64,000 bases of DNA from Syntrophorhabdaceae bacterium (GTDB lineage: Bacteria; Desulfobacterota; Syntrophorhabdia; Syntrophorhabdales; Syntrophorhabdaceae): contig CAXXUO010000002.1 in assembly GCA_963666485.2 (NCBI GenBank), positions 1-64,000 of the forward strand. Direction: 5' to 3'. Within the stretch, counting starts at the first letter, position 1, and each line of letters opens with the position of its first letter. Positions 60,218 to 64,000 of the stretch are shown one piece after another. A program made the position numbers and the translations under genes. Below the pieces are notes generated by a model that was not told the DNA's origin, ran no database searches, and saw nothing but the letters and a program-made list of their open reading frames with translations.

Positions 60218-61738
60218 CTATTTTCTCAACCGGAACCTCTGGATCTTTCCTGTTGCGGTCTTCGGAAGCTCTTCGACGAAATAGACGTCGCGGAGCCATT
60301 TGTATTTCGGAAGCCTTTCGCTGACGAACTTCAGGATCTCGCTCGTAAGCTCATCCTTGCCCGAGCGGTCGACAAAACCCTCATTAAGAGATACGTAACC
60401 GAATGCCTTGGAAAGCCCCTCGACGTCATGGCCGACTACCGCTGCCTCATTGACCGCCTTATGCTGGATGAGAACGTTCTCGATCTCGACGGGGGATACC
60501 CAGATGCCGCCGACCTTCAGCATGTCGTCGCCGCGGCCCTGGTATGTAAAGTACCCGTTTTCCTGCGTGTACATGTCGCCTGTCTTGAACCAGCCGTCAT
60601 CGGTGAATTTCTCCGCATTGGTCTCGGGTTTCTGCCAGTAGCCTCTTGTGATGCTCTCACCGCGGATGATAAGCTGTCCGCCCTCTCCTTCTTTCACCTC
60701 GTTGCCTTCATCGTCGATGATCTTCGCCTCGTAACCGCGTACGACGCGGCCCGATGCTCCCGGTTTGACATCGCCGGGCGTGTTCGAGATGAAGATATGG
60801 AGGGCTTCGGTCGACCCTATGCCGTCCAAGATCTCGAGACCTGTCTGCTCCTTCCATTTGTTGAAGATCTCCGGCGGAAGGGCCTCACCGGCCGACGCGC
60901 ATACACGGACGGAACTGAATGCACCCGCTCCGGTAGTATCCATTTTCTTCAACACCGAGTTGTACTGCGTCGGAACGCCGAAGAACACGGTCGGTTTAAA
61001 AGAAGCAACGGTCTCCATCACACTTTCGGGACTCGGAGGGGTAGACAGGAGCACCACTGATGCGCCGTGTCTGAAGGGAATATGGAGACCGTTACCAAGA
61101 CCATATGCAAAGAAAAGTTTGCTGACTGAATAACATATATCGCTTTCCGTCATACCGATAACATGTGTCCCGTAATTGTCGGCGGAATGGATCATATCGA
61201 TATGCCTGTGGGGAACGCCTTTCGGCCTGCCGGTGCTGCCGGAGCTGTAAAGCCAGAATGCGACGTCCTCTTTGCGCGACGGGTACACCTCGGCCTTGTC
61301 GGACGCGGACTCCATGAGGGTATCGAGGCCGTGGTCCGCAAGCAGTTTGTAGCAGAACTGCGTCGCCTTCGCGTTCGCAGCGCTGCTGTCGTGGACCGTC
61401 ACGAGGACCCTGGCGTCGCTGTTGTCCAGCATGTATTCATAATCCTTCTCCTGGAGCATGGTATTGACCGCGACCGGCCATGCGCCGTACTTGATGCTCC
61501 CGAGGAATGCGTACATGAATGTCGGGGTGTCGGGAAGAACGATCATGACCCGCTCGGTCGGCTTCACGCCAAGTGCTTTCAGCACGTTTGCGAACTTGTT
61601 GACGTTCTTCTCAAGGGTTTTGTACGTCACTTTTTCTTCCCCGCAGAATATGGCCACTTTATCACCGCGAAGTGCAACGTTCCTGTCGAGAAGTTCCGAC
61701 GCTGCGTTAAATATTTTGTCTTCCTGCAGATCTTTCAT
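60218..61738 (-). CDS. Benzoate-CoA ligase family protein
   Basis: WLYSSGSTGRPKG, SKLFFAYGLGN, DGIGSTEALHIFISN, KVGGIWVSP, LPKTATGKIQR. Confidence 0.92.
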   Translation of the reverse strand: MKDLQEDKIFNAASELLDRNVALRGDKVAIFCGEEKVTYKTLEKNVNKFANVLKALGVKPTERVMIVLPDTPTFMYAFLGSIKYGAWPVAVNTMLQEKDYEYMLDNSDARVLVTVHDSSAANAKATQFCYKLLADHGLDTLMESASDKAEVYPSRKEDVAFWLYSSGSTGRPKGVPHRHIDMIHSADNYGTHVIGMTESDICYSVSKLFFAYGLGNGLHIPFRHGASVVLLSTPPSPESVMETVASFKPTVFFGVPTQYNSVLKKMDTTGAGAFSSVRVCASAGEALPPEIFNKWKEQTGLEILDGIGSTEALHIFISNTPGDVKPGASGRVVRGYEAKIIDDEGNEVKEGEGGQLIIRGESITRGYWQKPETNAEKFTDDGWFKTGDMYTQENGYFTYQGRGDDMLKVGGIWVSPVEIENVLIQHKAVNEAAVVGHDVEGLSKAFGYVSLNEGFVDRSGKDELTSEILKFVSERLPKYKWLRDVYFVEELPKTATGKIQRFRLRK

Positions 61739-61787
61739 CTCCAACCCCTTTTTAAAATGTTTTGAATTGCTCATGCCCGTTCTTAAG

Positions 61788-61802
61788 GCAAGCGGCGTGC
61801 CA
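61788..61802 (-). promoter_or_regulatory. Sigma-54 (-24/-12) promoter of the benzoate-CoA ligase gene
   Basis: Minus strand TGGCACG-CCGC-TTGC, exact consensus, 50 nt upstream of the ATG. Confidence 0.85.
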
Positions 61803-62051
61803 GACCGTATAAAAAGTTATTATCCTTTGATATTAAATAGTTACTAAACACATACGATCGAGCCAAGGGATGCGGCGATTTGAAAAAGTTTTAAATTTTT
61901 AAAATATTTTCAAAAATTGAAAAGAAAGCACGGCCCGGGATGTCCTGCACGAACCAGGCGGTTCAATCTCAGTTTTTCGTAATTAATTGACATTATTTTC
62001 CGTAACTTAAATAATATATCAAATCGTCAACGCAGATTGATGGAGGTGGGC

Positions 62052-62438
62052 TTGAAGCTACGACATTCCACAATGGCATGTGCCGCTGTTTTTCTGGCAC
62101 TCTTCTTTATACTTGTATCGGTTTCCCCTGCACTGAGCTACATGGGTACGAGTATGCTTCGCTGCGGTTCGGAGATCATCCAGCTGGGTGATTCGACGTT
62201 CATGGTAAAACAGCGCTGCGGGCAGCCTGCAGAGGAAAAGGTGATCGGGTCTGTCTCGTCGGGTTCGTACGGGAGCGACAGGAGGGGAGGTTCTTACCAG
62301 GAGTCCAATGTCCAGACAACCATCTTGACCTACAACTGCGGAAGCAACGATTTCATTTATAAATTGACTTTTCTCGGGGACTCCCTTGCCGGTATTGAAT
62401 ACCTCGGCCGCGGTTCGGGACCGAATACATGCCGGTGA
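62052..62438 (+). CDS. DUF2845-like exported protein
   Basis: Signal peptide, LRCGSEIIQLGD...V..RCG.P, TYNCG; start uncertain. Confidence 0.75.
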   Translation: MKLRHSTMACAAVFLALFFILVSVSPALSYMGTSMLRCGSEIIQLGDSTFMVKQRCGQPAEEKVIGSVSSGSYGSDRRGGSYQESNVQTTILTYNCGSNDFIYKLTFLGDSLAGIEYLGRGSGPNTCR

Positions 62439-62462
62439 CCACCCGAAAGGTCCGTGATCATT

Positions 62463-63110
62463 TCAGAGCCGGAACCATTTCGGCTCTCTGAACCACTGAG
62501 TGCTTCGAAAAACGCGATTCGTATAATGTGACGCGTACTCGCGCTTCAGCCTTCCCGTATATCTCAGGAACTCCTCGTTCTTTACCAGCCGGCCGATATC
62601 TTCCGGTTCGTCGAACGTAAATTCCAGGACGATGTCGCAAAAACCGCCGAGTATGACATTCCAGCAATTGGTGACCTTCACATAATCTATTTGCTCCATC
62701 CGGGGGACATACTCATCGACAAAGAACTTTTCATATTCTTCTTTCATCTCGGGCTTCAGGTCATAATACTGGTTGAACTTCCAGACGCTTTTCTGGACCG
62801 GGTATTTTCCCGCCTTGATCGTGCCCTGCGGTTCGAGAACAAGGTTGTTCAGGTTCGTCACGAATTTCTTGAGGCCGAGCGTGAGGCGCCTGAAATCCTG
62901 TCCCATGATAATGCGCGAGATTTCGTCCAGGCTCTCTGACGAAAAAATAACAATGGTCCGCGGCCCGAAACCTATCTCGACATAGTACCCGCCGACCGGG
63001 ATAAAACCGAGCGCCGCAACCTGCGGAAGATAGGTCTCGTTGAAGTACCCGGAATACTCGTCCTCTTTCGCCTCTATGATATCCCAGTACTGGGCGAACA
63101 AAAGAGACAT
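62463..63110 (-). CDS. Hypothetical protein of two tandem NIPSNAP-like alpha/beta repeats
   Basis: QYWDII...EYS.YF.ETYLP echoed by QYYDLK...EYE.FF.DEYVP; GGAGA RBS. Confidence 0.65.
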   Translation of the reverse strand: MSLLFAQYWDIIEAKEDEYSGYFNETYLPQVAALGFIPVGGYYVEIGFGPRTIVIFSSESLDEISRIIMGQDFRRLTLGLKKFVTNLNNLVLEPQGTIKAGKYPVQKSVWKFNQYYDLKPEMKEEYEKFFVDEYVPRMEQIDYVKVTNCWNVILGGFCDIVLEFTFDEPEDIGRLVKNEEFLRYTGRLKREYASHYTNRVFRSTQWFREPKWFRL

Positions 63111-63180
63111 ACCCTCTCCTCCTGTTACGTGTATTGACCGGCCTCTATCATTGTACGTTAAATAAAATTCAAACTGAACC

Positions 63181-64000
63181 CTATGGTGCAGTGGGCACGC
63201 CGGATCCTTTGCTGCGGATAAGGTTGGTCCTGTACTGGATATAAATGTCGCGCATCGCAATATACGGGTCGACAGAGGCTTTTTGGAGCGCCTCGTATTC
63301 GCCGAGATGGAATGACGTATAGTTGACCCTTTCGTGAATGAAGAGGCCGACGTTATATACATTGAAAAAATTGTCGCCCACATATGATGTCGGCCTCAAC
63401 GGCCAATCGAAAAGAAGACCTATGCCATCCCGCACGTCGGAGGGGCCGAGAAAAGGCAGGACAACGTAAAAGCCATACCCGAATCCCCACTTCCCGAGTG
63501 TCTGGCCGAAATCCGCGTAATCGCGCTGGATGCCGAAACAATCCTGTGCACAGTTCCTCAATCCCCCGACTCCCAGGGTCAGGTTGATGAGCAGGCTGGC
63601 GAACTCGGTCCCCACATGTTCGATATCGCCTTGAAAAAGATTGTTGATGATACGTACCGGTGCCTTGAGATTGTCGTAAAAGTTGACAAGAACTCCCCTG
63701 ACCTCTTCGGGCACGACATACTTATAGCCCGTGGCGACAGGTTTCCACGCCCAGTAATATACCTTATCATTAAAAAGATACATGGCCGTGTTAAAAGGCC
63801 TGATCGGGTCATATACCCCGGTCCCTTCCGAGCCTGCAGCCTCGTCAGATACGATATCCCCGTATTCGTCCGACGTTTTTCCGGCACGGGGGACGATGCC
63901 TAATTCCTCGGGGGTGACATCCCCGTATTCATCAGAGGTCCCCCCGGCAGGGGCCTTTGCATCCTGCGCTTCCGGCTTCGGCTCGGCCGGCCGGGTCACC
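63181..64000 (-). CDS. mlaA: VacJ/MlaA lipid-asymmetry lipoprotein (5' end off the window)
   Basis: YDP..PFN, INLTLGVGG, DFGQTLGKWG, LPFLGPSDVRD, DPYIAMRD.Y.Q.R. Confidence 0.9.
   Translation of the reverse strand, partial: VTRPAEPKPEAQDAKAPAGGTSDEYGDVTPEELGIVPRAGKTSDEYGDIVSDEAAGSEGTGVYDPIRPFNTAMYLFNDKVYYWAWKPVATGYKYVVPEEVRGVLVNFYDNLKAPVRIINNLFQGDIEHVGTEFASLLINLTLGVGGLRNCAQDCFGIQRDYADFGQTLGKWGFGYGFYVVLPFLGPSDVRDGIGLLFDWPLRPTSYVGDNFFNVYNVGLFIHERVNYTSFHLGEYEALQKASVDPYIAMRDIYIQYRTNLIRSKGSGVPTAP

Overview
64 kb of core-type chromosome from an anaerobic, GC-rich Gram-negative bacterium. Gene content (HdrABC-FlxABCD, benzoate-CoA ligase family, PPi-type PFK, superoxide reductase) suggests a syntrophic aromatic-degrading deltaproteobacterium such as Syntrophorhabdaceae; this is inference. 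It holds about 55 protein genes: amino-acid, molybdate/tungstate and efflux ABC systems, rlmD, lpxK, leuACD-asd, dgt-valS, gatCA, udg, a redox/oxygen-stress cluster, an S1 paralog and mlaA. No rRNA, tRNA, CRISPR, transposase or integrase was seen. The most unusual signal is non-coding. About 20 intergenic regions carry 7-bp tandem arrays, usually as paired inverted arms of matched type and fixed polarity (GTTCAAG..CTTGAAC, GTTCCAC..GTGGAAC, CGTTCTA..TAGAACG, CGTAAGG..CCTTACG), mostly starting at or just after stop codons. They often enclose a second family, about 16 CGTC-tagged REP-like palindromes with covarying stems. Possible traces of activity are two perfect 18-19 bp hairpins at the ends of one element, a 24-copy expansion, reiterated REP heads, and a gene chimera whose junction matches a repeat unit. 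Other candidates: a leuA leader/attenuator inside the lpxK 3' end, a G7 frameshift in an acyl-CoA ligase/GNAT gene, two sigma-54 promoters with upstream palindromes, and a ModE box.
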